DNA from: Narcine bancroftii | Taxonomy: Eukaryota | Direction of reading: 5' to 3' | Assembly: GCF_036971445.1 (NCBI RefSeq) | Contig: NC_091480.1 | Location: forward strand, 11,346,001-11,410,000 | Length of the DNA: 64,000 nt | Shown here: piece by piece, positions 38,401 through 49,700 of the stretch | Layout of the letters: each line of letters starts with the position of its first letter | How positions within the stretch are numbered: position 1 is the stretch's first letter | Translations under genes and position numbers: made by a program | Notes under the pieces: model-generated | Database searches by the model: none | Seen by the model: the letters and a program-made list of their open reading frames with translations, nothing else | Told to the model about the DNA's origin: nothing

Positions 38401-40287
38401 GTTAACATCTGGTATTTGAACATCACCTTCAATTTTGTGAGAGTTCTCTTTGTTGTGATCCAGATGCTATCAGTTCAAATGCTAAACCAAATATTTTCCA
38501 TCTCCAGCAAGAGAAGGTTACTTCCCACGTCACTTCTGGTGGCTGTACACCACAAATGGTGTGCGAGGGGCCAAACCACTGAAATACCTGAAGGCAAGTG
38601 GTCTGCAGATCAAGAGGAGTTACTGCTGCCCATTAAGTGTAATGAAAGGGCCTTGAGATGCAGAGATTGTCCCTCCACTAAGGACAAGGTGGGAGAAGAT
38701 AGCTGCTCATTGGAAATGAATTTGAGGGGGTGGGGGGTGGTAGGTGCAGACAGAAAATTATCATTAATAAATTTGGAATTAACAGATGCAAGTTATTCAG
38801 ATTCACATCCATTCATATTAGCTGGAAGCTGATTTGTATGCAAGTGTTGTAATGCAGCAATGAGGTGCCTCAAGTAGGGTTGCTGTCTCACAGCGCTGGA
38901 GACCTGTGTTCAAACCTGACTCCTGTGCGGATTTTGCATGTTCTCCCTTTGACTGTATGGTTCCCCCCATCCTAAAGACGTGTTTTGAGAGGTTAATTGG
39001 ACACTGTAAATTGCCCCTGGTGTGTAGTTGAGTTGGACCTGGCGAGAGTTGATGAGAATGCGAGAATTTTTTTAAAAATGGGATTAATGTGGGATGAGCG
39101 TGAGTGGATTCAGGTACTGCAGGGCCTGTAGCATATATTATAAAGGGGCCCTAAATTGTGCTGGCTGGCACATGCGCAATGAAGGAGAAATATGACAGTG
39201 TCATTACTCCCCCCCCCCCCCCCCCCCATCGGAGAGAGTTTCTGACACTGACCCTGCAAGTCCTTCGTTTTGGTAAAATTGAAATAGCCTTGATTATTCT
39301 TAACAAAATTATCACTTTCTATTCAGTGATTACATCCTTGATGAAAGGTTGCAATCATTTTTGCTAGCACCCCTTTAAGCTTTCATGTTTCCCATCAATT
39401 CCGCCCCAAACCCAAACAGCCATTGTATAACACTGATGGCATTAATTGTATGTAGGTAGCCAGTTCAAATGTCAAAAGTATTAGGTCTAGAAGTGTGCCT
39501 CAATAATTTTGTTCAATTTCCATTCATTTCACAAGTTGAGAATCAACAAATGGTGCAGTGGTATTGAGATACCATAGTCAGTTAATAGCCCTGATTAAAA
39601 GGCTAAAATTGCTAACTTTAAATGATCACTTTTAATCGGGGTTATTAATACAGACTATGGGAGGATGGTATCTCATAGCCACTGAACAAAGAGGAAAACG
39701 AAAATGTTTAACACCCAGTTAATTGTTCATAATTTGTAGGACATAAAGTTACAGAGCAAGTCAGCACGCATCTAGTGCAGGGCCCTTAAAAATGCAAGGC
39801 CTGTTAATCCAGCACTGGATAGATGGTTGGCACGGAGAAAAGGCCAAAGGGCTTGTTTTGCTGCTGTATCTCCATGACTCTGCAAGTCCTACTGAAATAT
39901 TGTGTTCTGCAAATATACAATCACAAGACCATTTCATGCATTGAAAGCAGAGCTTTTGGGATCATGAGAATTCTACTTGCTGCCACTTGTCCTCTTCCAG
40001 CCCCCCACCCCCGAACCTCCAGCTGTTTACCTCTGGCTCTCAGAAGTAATTGACTTGTGGGATTGTGGCCCCTGTGCTGTTTGTAATGGTTCTACAATAA
40101 CTTGGAGAGCCTTGAATGTCACTGGTATTGCTCGTTGTGTTTTGTAGGTACGGAATCCTTTCCTAAGTGGGAGCACGTACTTTTCTCTGCCTGTCATAAT
40201 ATACACATGCAACTGAGGCCCCCGAAAAGACGGCTGAACTCTTGGGCTGATGATTGGAAACAAATCCTGGACAGCAAGCGGCAGTGA
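29172..40287 (+). CDS. NT5M: 5'(3')-deoxyribonucleotidase, mitochondrial, whole spliced CDS span (5 exons; 235 aa from 29172 or 223 aa from 29208)
   Basis: HAD motif I DMDGV, CTSP and IDDK motifs, Arg-rich presequence. Exons 291+101+61+115+140 = 708 nt in frame. Divergent from COPS3, as in human. Confidence 0.95.
29545..30010 (+). mobile_element. Penelope-like element 3' fragment (GIY-YIG C-terminus plus hammerhead-like motif)
   Basis: LLHCQTEAICKLEEQHLIFR; pyrimidine tract; CTGATGA...GAAAC at 29922-29946. Confidence 0.72.
30065..30260 (+). mobile_element. tRNA-derived SINE
   Basis: GTAGCGGTTAGCGC...GGGTTTGAATCC...CTGTAAGGAGTTTGTAC. Confidence 0.65.
31050..31474. mobile_element. Tc1/mariner-type MITE nested in a Penelope-derived element
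   Basis: TA-CAGCCACGCTTCGAC...GTCGATGCATAGCTG-TA imperfect TIRs; host element resumes on both sides. Confidence 0.7.
32020..32250 (+). mobile_element. tRNA-derived SINE
   Basis: CCTGGGTTCAAATCC B-box-like motif; same core as other copies. Confidence 0.65.
32609..32821. mobile_element. hAT-like MITE, partial
   Basis: CAGTGGTTCTCAACC...GAAAACCACTG; reverse complement of 44090-44293. Confidence 0.7.
33700..33890. mobile_element. Fold-back Penelope-derived non-autonomous element
   Basis: Inverted arms ACTCAGCAAGTCAGGAGGCATC / GCTGCCTGATCTGCAGAAT around two opposed hammerhead-like motifs. Confidence 0.65.
34091..34191 (+). CDS. NT5M: NT5M exon 2
   Basis: CAG|EKAISIWESKNFFIELDPLPGAVEAVKEMANMK|GTGAGT. 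Confidence 0.96.
34274..34334 (+). CDS. NT5M: NT5M exon 3
   Basis: TDVFICTSPIKKYDHCPFEK|GTGAGT; follows an 82-nt intron. Confidence 0.95.
34421..34947. mobile_element. Non-autonomous mariner/pogo-like DNA element, copy 2
   Basis: Homologous to 4682-5262 internally and at its ends. Confidence 0.65.
35640..35855 (-). mobile_element. tRNA-derived SINE
   Basis: Reverse complement of the same family (GGGTTCGAATCC B-box). Confidence 0.65.
36147..36261 (+). CDS. NT5M: NT5M exon 4
   Basis: YAWVEKHLGKEFLELMVLTRDKTLILGNVLIDDKPDIS G|GTAAC. Confidence 0.96.
36725..36945 (-). mobile_element. tRNA-derived SINE
   Basis: ACAAACTCCTTACAGACAGC core in reverse orientation. Confidence 0.6.
37400..37880 (+). 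mobile_element. CR1-clade LINE 3' fragment
   Basis: KLERGQRIFTRTSPGLQELNYRERL; tail GTTCTATGGTTCTA. Confidence 0.75.
37900..38370 (-). mobile_element. Rex1/Babar-like LINE 3' fragment
   Basis: KRFGISPKTLENFSKCTVESIQAGCITVWYG. Confidence 0.7.
38860..39125 (+). mobile_element. V-SINE-like element
   Basis: GCTGTCTCACAGCGC...GTTCAAACC...TTTGCATGTTCTCCC...GTAAATTGCCCC. Confidence 0.6.
40148..40287 (+). CDS. NT5M: NT5M exon 5 (coding part, includes stop)
   Basis: TTTGTAG acceptor; TESFPKWEHVLFSACHNIHMQLRPPKRRLNSWADDWKQILDSKRQ-TGA. Confidence 0.95.
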
Positions 40288-41590
40288 TCATCTGCTTGTG
40301 GCCTTGCCATGGAACTGTGAAACCCAATTGCTTGATGCTGAAAGCAAACAATGTGATTGATGATCAATTAACAAACCAGGAAGGTTATTTGGACTGCAAG
40401 TACATAAGAAGACCTAGTTTCTGTGGATATCAGATAATTTTTGAAGGGAGGTTGGGGTACATTTCAATCAAAGAGCCATTAAACAGGGGATAGTGCAGGT
40501 TTGGTTGGTACCCAAAATAGAAATTACTTCCATTGTATCTCCCAGCAAAAATTCTTCACTACATTGCTGTTGGGAATCTTCCATAATCTTCAGTCGTCGA
40601 TCTGTGTTGTGTAATATGTTGCAGGTGAGAAATTGAACCAGATCCAGGAATACTTGATAGATATTGAATAAGGAAACTGCAAAAATGAACTAAGGTATCC
40701 TGCATTTCAATGTTGGATAGAACTTGTGGGGATTTTGGGTTTCACTGCTGTATAGTGAGAAATGGTACCATTGATCGATGGAGAGAATTCATGATCTGTT
40801 TTCTTTTTGTATGCGATAGCATAATGCACTTTTATCAGGGATTGCATTTACCATTGATGACGGTGGTGCTACATACAAAACCTTTTAACCCTTGCTGTCT
40901 AAACTATGGTAGCTGAAATCCCTGATAAGCCCAACTTGTTCAGAGTCCCGAGGCAATATTTGCATCCAGAGCAAGAAATTTCCCAGGACATTGTTCCGCT
41001 TTTGGGTTAACCCATTTTAACGTCACAGATATTTTAGCTTGACAGAACATCTGTCAAACAGATGACCCCTCTCACTGCTCACCAGCTGACTGTTTCAAGT
41101 GCTCAGAGATTTTCCAGACTGAAGAATTGAAACGCTCAGATAAATGTTTACCTTTAAATCTGGCACAGTTTACTATTTGACTTGTCAGCTCCTATTTCCT
41201 TTGTTCTTAACTGATCTTTGCAATGGGCGTGCAAAGAAAATAGAAACCACTTTTGGCCTCAAAAATTCAGCTAATAATGGCAGCTAAAATGCAAGTATAT
41301 TTAAATCTGCAACCAGATTATTTAAAATGTTATTTAGGTATTTTACCTTGCACTCTTTAACAGTGGCATTGTATGGAATTCCTGATAGTCATAAAAGCAG
41401 ATGATCATCAGTGGGTTTTTTTAACAATGGATAATGCGAGCATGCACAATATTGTGACTGTACTCATGAGATGAAGCAAGGCACCTTGTTTTTTTTGTCT
41501 CACTGGTAAATTTTGAAACTGCTGTCTCAACAGTTGGTAAAATATTAGTAGAGATTTAAATATGGAAGCCACTTAATTTTCAATGATTTG

Positions 41591-41596
41591 AATAAA
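41591..41596 (+). terminator. Candidate NT5M polyadenylation signal AATAAA
   Basis: AATAAA ~1.3 kb after the stop, at the end of an AT-rich, UTR-like stretch. Confidence 0.4.
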
Positions 41597-41697
41597 AGGG
41601 ACTTTTAAATACCAAGTAGTTATGATTATATTTAAAATTGGTGGTCATGATTCTACTTGATGTAGTCCCGTTCATTTTCATCGGCTTTCTATCATAT

Positions 41698-41988
41698 TGT
41701 AGCTCCTGCCACGGACTAAAGAGACATCCAGCCGGTGGGTGCGAGGGTGAACCAGGGAACTGATTTCGTGGCTTGAAGTCACTGCGTTGGGATGCCGGCT
41801 TCCAGGAAGTGACGTGTGCCGGCTTCCGGGAAGTGACGTCAGCGCGTGGCCGGCTCACTCTTCGGGCCAGCAGGACACCGCCTGGAAGCAGGGAGTTCCC
41901 TTAGTCTACACGTACTGGTGAGGGGGGCCACCTTGGGTTGGACGACGGGTGCGACAATTCGGCCCGTCTAACTGCGCGGCCTGCTACA
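41698..41988. mobile_element. Short CpG-rich solo LTR (Gypsy-like)
   Basis: TGTAGC...GCTACA perfect 6-bp inverted termini, ATAT/GTAT near-TSD. Confidence 0.75.
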
Positions 41989-42972
41989 GTATCACATGCA
42001 TCCCTGGTATTTTGCAGCTCAGAAATATTTGGGGGGACCTTCTCCTTTCCTGCCCTCATTTAGCCTCTTAAGTCTCTCCTACTGTTCTTTGTTAATAGAT
42101 ATAATGCAGTTTCTTTGCGTTTTCATTCTCTTGAGTCGTGCCTTCTGAAAGCTTGCTGGATCTCTCCGCGATTGTTGTATTTAGCAGACCTGGCTCGAGA
42201 TTCACTGTTTACTCTATGGAGTGACATCCAAAACATTTTTTTTTAAAGAAAGGAATCTACGTCTATTAAAGTACTGAGTATATATTTAGAGACATGAGGT
42301 TTCAAAAAGAAAGAGATCCAACGAGTTGGAAGGGAGAATCACCATGATGTTGCTGGGACAGGAGGGTTGAAGTTCGGATGGGCTGAGTCTTTCTTCGCCA
42401 AGAGCATCTTTTCTCAGTGATGCCCCCCTTCCCTGTGAAGTTTTTGTTTCTTCCGTACTACTCTCCTACCCACTACATAAAAATACAATGTTAGGTGAGG
42501 TGAAAACAAGGGCCATGGATAAAGTCAATACTCAATCATTTGCTGAGGGAGACCATTCTAGAACTAGAGGGAACAGGTTTTAAGGTGAGAGGGAAGAGAT
42601 ACAAGAGGGATCTGAGGAGAAACAGCTACGAATACAATATTCAAAAGATTTGGACAGATAATTGGATAGGAAGAGTATAAATGGATACAGACCAAATGCA
42701 TGATCTCAAGAATACTGATGAATATGGAAAAGCTGAGACAACAGGCGTGCTCCAAGAAGTAAGAGATGGATTTGAACGTCAATTTTGAATATCAATTGGT
42801 GCTTAAAGTACAAACTTTTTTTTTAAAAAAACTCCCATTTAATTTCTTCTGGAAGCCAACAGATTTATCACTGGAAGAAACAAGGTTGTGGATCATCATT
42901 CACATGTCAGTTATTTCAATTTAACAATGTGTTATTCCAGTATGATTGACCATGAAGAAATGAAAAAAATAG

Positions 42973-42978
42973 TTTATT
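42973..42978 (-). terminator. Candidate BFAR polyadenylation signal AATAAA
   Basis: AATAAA on the - strand ~590 nt after the stop, preceded in the transcript by U-rich sequence. Confidence 0.55.
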
Positions 42979-43566
42979 CAGCAAAAACAATTACAAAAAT
43001 TCACAGATTTCTTATACAATTTCAAAAGTTCAAATCAACTGGAAATAAATTATGAAGACAGGTTCTAAAATATCAGCTGTAACCTTTCCTGCAATAGCCA
43101 CACTTTGAACGATGAATCAGGATATACTAAGTGACGTGAAAACTAAGTGACCTGCAGTGACGTGAAGATTAGTGGCACGCGGTTTTGTGGGATCACAAGT
43201 CTTACTGAGTTACCGGTGGGGGGAAAAAAGTAATTGCTTTGGAATGGTTTGCATGGAAAATTTTGAGAAATGTAGAAATTAAAAATGTATGCAAATTGGT
43301 ATTCAAAGCCAATAGTATCAGTGAAGACTGAACCGTACATTTACTGAATAATAATAATCCATCCATAGTTAACTGGAGCAAATTGTTTTGTCTCTTTACA
43401 TAATATTGGCTACTTTAATTCTTAAAATTTCAGTTATAGTCATTTCTGAATGTTTTACTGCAGTATCTAACTGCAATGTGGAAAAACATTATTTACAAAT
43501 ATGAACACTTTATATTTGAACTCCAATTGGTTGCTTTGAGCATGTAATGTGACAGTACCACATCAG

Positions 43567-43759
43567 TCACAAATGTTCAGTTTCCAAACGGCGCACTTCT
43601 TTGACGACCAAGTCGATATTTATGATGGGATTGAAGTACAAAGCCCAATAAAATAGGCAGTCACAAACAAAATGAGGAATTATCGGCCACATTATAGCAA
43701 CAAGGATTCCTTGGCTTGAAATTTTCCAGAAATGGCTCCACATTTTCTGAGGGATCGTC
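43567..43759 (-). CDS. BFAR: BFAR last coding exon
   Basis: TIPQKMWSHFWKISSQGILVAIMWPIIPHFVCDCLFYWALYFNPIINIDLVVKEVRRLETEHL-TGA. Confidence 0.96.
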
Positions 43760-46700
43760 CTAGAGGAGAACATTTCAAATTATTCTCATATTCTATGGGT
43801 ATAAAAAAAAAGTTAGAATACTTGAAAGGTTTGAAATGTGTTACAAAATTAATGGACAAAAAAATTGATTTTTAAAGCTCAGTTCAAAGTTTAAACGGAG
43901 CTGTAAAAATTGTCTGATTCATTCAAAAGTCTTGGCCAGGGGTGGCCAACCATTTTTTTAAAAAAAACTCACATTCCACCTTGAATAACCCCGATGCCAA
44001 AAGTGCTGTGATTGGTAAGGGATGGCTTAACGTGGTATGTGAGTGGGAAGGGAAGATTGAGAATCACTGCTCCAATCCAAAATATTTTACTTGTGAAAAA
44101 TTGTCATTGGCCCATTTCCTTTGGAGTTCTGAAACCGTCCACATAACGAGTCAATTAGGCACGATTAAAACAGTGGTTTTCAAACTTTTTCTTCCCACTC
44201 ACATATCACCTGAAGCAATCGCTTACTAATCAGAGCACATGGCATAGGGAATACTTGGTACGTGAGTGGAAAGAAAAAGGTTGAGAACCACTGGAATAAA
44301 AGGTATTTTTGACTAGAAATTCCATCCAAAATTCAGCAATGTATTCAATGTGCAAAAGAGTTACCTGAATCCTCCTCTTGACCAAAGTTTCCAGAATGCA
44401 AACCCTTCCAGGACAGACAGAAGCATTGCATTTACAATTATAAAACGTGATGTCCAGTAGTGCACGTCCAACCAATCCCAAGCAAATTCAGCAATCAACT
44501 GATATGGTATCAGGGAGTATTTCACAAGGAATTCGGCCCACTGCTTCAAGCTGATGTCATCAGACTTTGAAGAGAAAGAATTTCAAAGTAATTGCATGAT
44601 TGAGTAAAAAAATTTCATATGACAAGTGGAATTTCAAACTTAATTTCTCAAGCGATTAATTCAGAGAAGAATTTTGTCAACCAATTTTTTAAAAAAAAAA
44701 CACAAAATAATGGTGGACAGGGAGTACAACAATTAGGTTCTGCTTTAACAATCAAATCAGAAATTAATGTTTGAAGAATGAATGTAGTTACATCGCCCCC
44801 AGCATTTATCTCGTTTGTCACTTCAGGGCAAATAGTGGTTCCATTGGAAGCGAAACTCGTAAAGAAAGGGGAAGTCAATCTGCCAGTCAAGGGAATGGTT
44901 AAATGGAAGATTTAAATTTCTAGCGAAAATACAAAAATGCGGGAGGAATTCAGCAAGCCTCGCAGCGACCATTGGAGGTAAAGTTATATAACTGACAATT
45001 CGGGCCTGAGCCCTGCTTCAAGGATACCTGCTGATTTTCTCCTGCATTTCTGTGGTTTTAATTGCAATCACAGTGTTTGCATACTTTTGTGTTTCGTAAG
45101 ATTTCTTGTGACTATTGGTTGGGGCTTATCAGGCCAGATCACCAAGCTGCAATCAGAGAATTGTGGAGAGAAATATTAGTCTTCAAATTCACAATGGGAA
45201 TGGTAATAAAGTCAGTGTGAATGTTGAAAGGTACAACAGGTAGTTAATTTAGAATGAGTTTTTGTTATTTCAATTTTTTTTATTAATACAAATGACAATA
45301 TGCAGTCAATATATTTATAATCTACCATGACCAGAATGTAAAGAGCATTCCTGGTGCCTTAATTTCAGATCAAATTCTTGTGGTGAAATCCACAGAATCA
45401 TAAAGTGGGATTATTCAAAAGGAGCACACAACAATCATGACTTTGCAGATGCAAAAGATTTAGTGAATCAAATCACCATCCAGCTTCTTGCATCACTATG
45501 ATGGGATACATTCTTCCGAAAATGCATTTAGTCCACACTTGACAACAAACTCCAAGGTTAGAACTGAACAAGAGCAGGAAAAAAAAGCAGTAGTTAACAA
45601 AGAGATGTCAGTCCTGCAAGAGAGGTGAATGATATCTCGAATAAAGCTTAAAAAAAAAAAATCAGGGTTTTTAAAAGACTGAGCTCAGAGTTTGGGCTGC
45701 ATTTTCTTTTAGAGTCCAGTTTTTAGTCTTAGGCACAAGTGAGACTCTTGACCTTCTCCTAGAGAATTCCACACGGCAGTACATCCAGGAAGTATCTGAT
45801 ATGCAGCTAATTTAGAAGCTCGAGAAGTTTAAAATGTTTAAAGCTTTGCAAGTTCCTTTAGTGATGACGGACAATGCGCAGGGCAAGAATCTCTCGGAAT
45901 GGTTCTCTCAACATCAGTGTCAAACCACTTGGCTCTCATTCCAGTCATGAAAGCAGGTTTCCTCCTTTCCACCCTTTTACAATGTGTTTCCAATAACTTA
46001 GCAGCAGGGAAGAGAAAGGATGGATATGCCCTTGGCGAATGAAAGGCCCAATGTACTTTATAATATACAAAAGCTGATCCTGAGCCAGGAAAAACAAGGA
46101 TTTACTAGAAGCAGTCCATTCCAGAATTTTTTAAAAAACTGAGGACAATGCTTAAAGAGCTTGAGACCAATTCAAATAGTATTCATTCTGGAATTCAAAA
46201 GCATTATATAACAAATGATAACTTTTCCTATATTATTTCAACTGAATTGATGTGCTATACTCAGCAAGATCTCAAGTAATTTGATAGAAAAAAACATTTA
46301 AAAAAAAAATGTTGAAAATGGATTAGGATTATTCCCTGCTCTTCTCTGAAATAATGCCAGGAGATCATTTACATGTGACCTTCAGAGAGGTTAGATGGAG
46401 CCACAGGTAATACATCACCTGACGCACACCTCAACTCTACTGGAATATCATGTATTTCTATTTCCAAGACCCTCTGAGCCAAAGTGGCCAAACTACAACC
46501 CGCAGACTAACTGCAGCCCATTTTTAAGTGACCTGTTAGAACGAAGGCTCTTAAAAAAATTGCAATGTACATTCTCCTTCTTAGTTTCAACACAAGATGC
46601 CACTGCCGTTTTGAAAAATATAGAAGTCCAAAAAATCTGAATGCCAGAACACCCAAGAATCCAGACTTGACAAAAATTCAATTTTTTAAATTTAGTGGGC

Positions 46701-49700
46701 TTTTGTGTGCAGAAATGCCACAGATCCACTGCGGCTACAAGCAACCACTTTTTCCTTTAAAAATGCTCATTTTGATAAATGAAGCCTGCTGCATTTGCTT
46801 ATGAATAAACCATCAAAATTTATCTGAACATCTCTTTGTTCCTCCTTAAATTTGAACTTTAAAAGTACTGCCTGATAATCCAGAAAAATCAAAAAAAATC
46901 CGGACTGACCCAATCCCCGAGCAGTCTGGATTTTCTGACTCCGACTATACTTGACTACCATCGAACTTCTTCGTTTCAACACTAGATGCTGCCGCATAAT
47001 TAAATAAATAATTTTATTGACTGAAAACTGCTAGGCTTTATATTGTTTGGCCCATACCTCTTTATATTTTTCTGTATGTGGCCCACAACCAAAAAGGTTT
47101 GGCTCCCCCTGCTCTGAGCCAAAGATGAGAGTGCCACCTACAAGTGTCTAGCCAACTCGAATTCAAAGTTGGAAGTACGACTGCGGTGTGAAAATCAGGT
47201 TGATCATTCTAGAGCGGACACAAGGCAATGACTGCTATTTCTTTAAGTAATGAGTTGAAACAAAGTAGGAATTTAGAAGAGACTCAATTCTCTATGGAAA
47301 ACTTGCATGGCTGTACAATCTCAAACCAAAGATGACTAGTTAAAATATAAAACCTTAATAGAGTTGTGGACTGGTGCGACAGAACTGCACAGTGTTCGTA
47401 TTCTGAATGTTGAGCACAAATGCAAGTCTAGTACAGTTTTGAGATAGGAAAGAGCTTGCAAGATTCAGACAATACCCAAATTATTGTTTGTTTCTCGATT
47501 AGTATTAGTTTTCCATGACTGAATGTAGACTGAACAAATGAGAACATCTAGCATTTTCACCAAATAGATTTTCTTAACTACCGTATTTCACACAAGTAAC
47601 AAAGGGCTTACCCAGTACTTGCGAAAAATATCTGCTTCCTGTGTCATCTCAGACTTCTTGGGAGAAATGGTGTGGATCAGGGGCAGAAATATTTCTGAGT
47701 AATCAAACAGGTAGAGATACAGCATGGTCAACCGTGGGGAGCTCTTCAGTGCATACAACAGAGATAGTGACTTGCCTACATGCATTGCCTGAAAAAAAAA
47801 TGTTTGTATTCCACAGCAAGCAGAGAAGAAACAAAAATTTATTTTAGATAATCAGAACAAATATCTTAAAATGAAACAAAATATTAATACATTACTGAAT
47901 AGAGGACCAGTTACACATCTCATTAAAAACTCCATATGATAGTTATAGGCCAACAAAATCAAGGCAAACAAAATTTAAAAAATATACCATTCATTGCATC
48001 GATAGGGAAAAGACATCACGTCAAATGTTTCTATATATATAAAAAAAACCCACTTACCTTATATTCCCAAAGATTCTGGGGGGGTTTTACTCCAAGTGTT
48101 TTTACATTCTCCAATTCTATTAGAATAGCTTTCCTATGAAGTTCTCTTTCAATGTTGAAAGGGGGCTTTGCAAACTCTTCTTCACTTAGAGTCAACAATA
48201 GCCTAAAAACATTTAATGGAAGAACAAATTTAAATACAAGATCTACACTATAAATGTAAATTAAAAGAAAAACTTGCATTTATCATCCCTTTCAGAATTT
48301 CCAAATTCTTTACAACCAAAGAAAGATTAAATCTTTAGCCAAATCAATCTCACATTGATATTTAAAGATACCACTCATTGCAATGGTCTAACAGTTTGAA
48401 TTAAATCTTAATAAATCAGTATGATGAAGTGAAATCTATTTATCATTCAAATTTTCCTCAATTTACATTCCTTCAACTAGAAAATTGTATTCAAGTGCCA
48501 AACTTTGGGGAACAAAGTATCTTCAGAAATCCACGAACACAGAAATAAATTGATAAACCTTTGTATAATTTGTTATCATAGGCTTGCCAATAGAAACTGA
48601 TGCAGGAAATCTATCGAGTCCTGCAAGCACCACGAAGAGCGCAAGGTGAATAACCATTGACAAGTATTTGGAAAGGATGAGAAGTTACTTTTCAATTCCA
48701 CGAAGTGCATTCGAGAAGGGAGACAGTATTTCGGAACATAGTCTAAAGCATTCTTGAGAAACTGCTCTAATGGTTAGGTTTCAGAAGTACCCTCGATTAC
48801 ATAAAGCAAATGACCTCCTCCAGATGAATTTAAGTAAACCTCACCTTCCATTAACTTCCTCTTCCAGAAACCTATCTTTGTAAACAGTAGCCCATTGACC
48901 CAATTGCTCTAACCAGAGAGTCACTTCTTTGGGGGTCCATTTGGTCACAGGTTTGTGCACAAGAAGATCTTGTTCAGTTTCTCTACTCCAGAGATAAACT
49001 AGAAGTACCACCTGCACAAGAAATAATTTATTAATGCAAAAGCAAAACAAAAAAAAACATGCTAGAAATCCCAAATATGCTTTTTTTTGCTTACTAACAA
49101 CTCCCACTCTCCATAGGGACGAGGTAAATATCAAACTTGTGACTTGGAAAGCATCACACCTCCCACGGATTCCACTGGCCTGTGAAAATCCAAGGCAGAT
49201 GGTGCAAGTCTCGCGCCAGGCCATACCTTTCTCTGCAGCAGGTCTCCCAAGTCGACAGGCTCTGGCAAGATTTTGTTTTCTTTTTTAAATGAAATACAAT
49301 GTTGGGAAGTGTACAGTAATGCTCCTTGGTAGAAGAAATAGATGGCTATTATTTTGATTGGGAGAAAATTCAAAATTCTGAGGCACAAAGGGACTTGAGA
49401 TTCCTTGAGTAGGACAGCCTACAGATTGAGCCAGTGGTGAAGAAGACATATACAATGTTGGCATTGATTTCGAGAGGGATAGCATACAAGAGCAGGGATG
49501 TCAAGTTGGGATTCTGTAAGACACTGGTGAGACCTCACTTGGAGCATTGTGTAGTTTTAGGTGCCGTATTTGAGAAAAGACATGCTGGCATTAGAGAGAG
49601 TTCAGAAAAGATTGACTCGTATGATACCAGGAACGAAAGGGTTAGTAGATGAGGAACAATTGTCAGCTCTTGGACTGAACTTGGAGTACAGGATGATTGG

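Noticed and set aside
45861-45950. GTGATGA box C-like motif (possible C/D snoRNA)
   Set aside because: No box D CTGA or terminal stem at a suitable distance, and it is antisense to the host intron.
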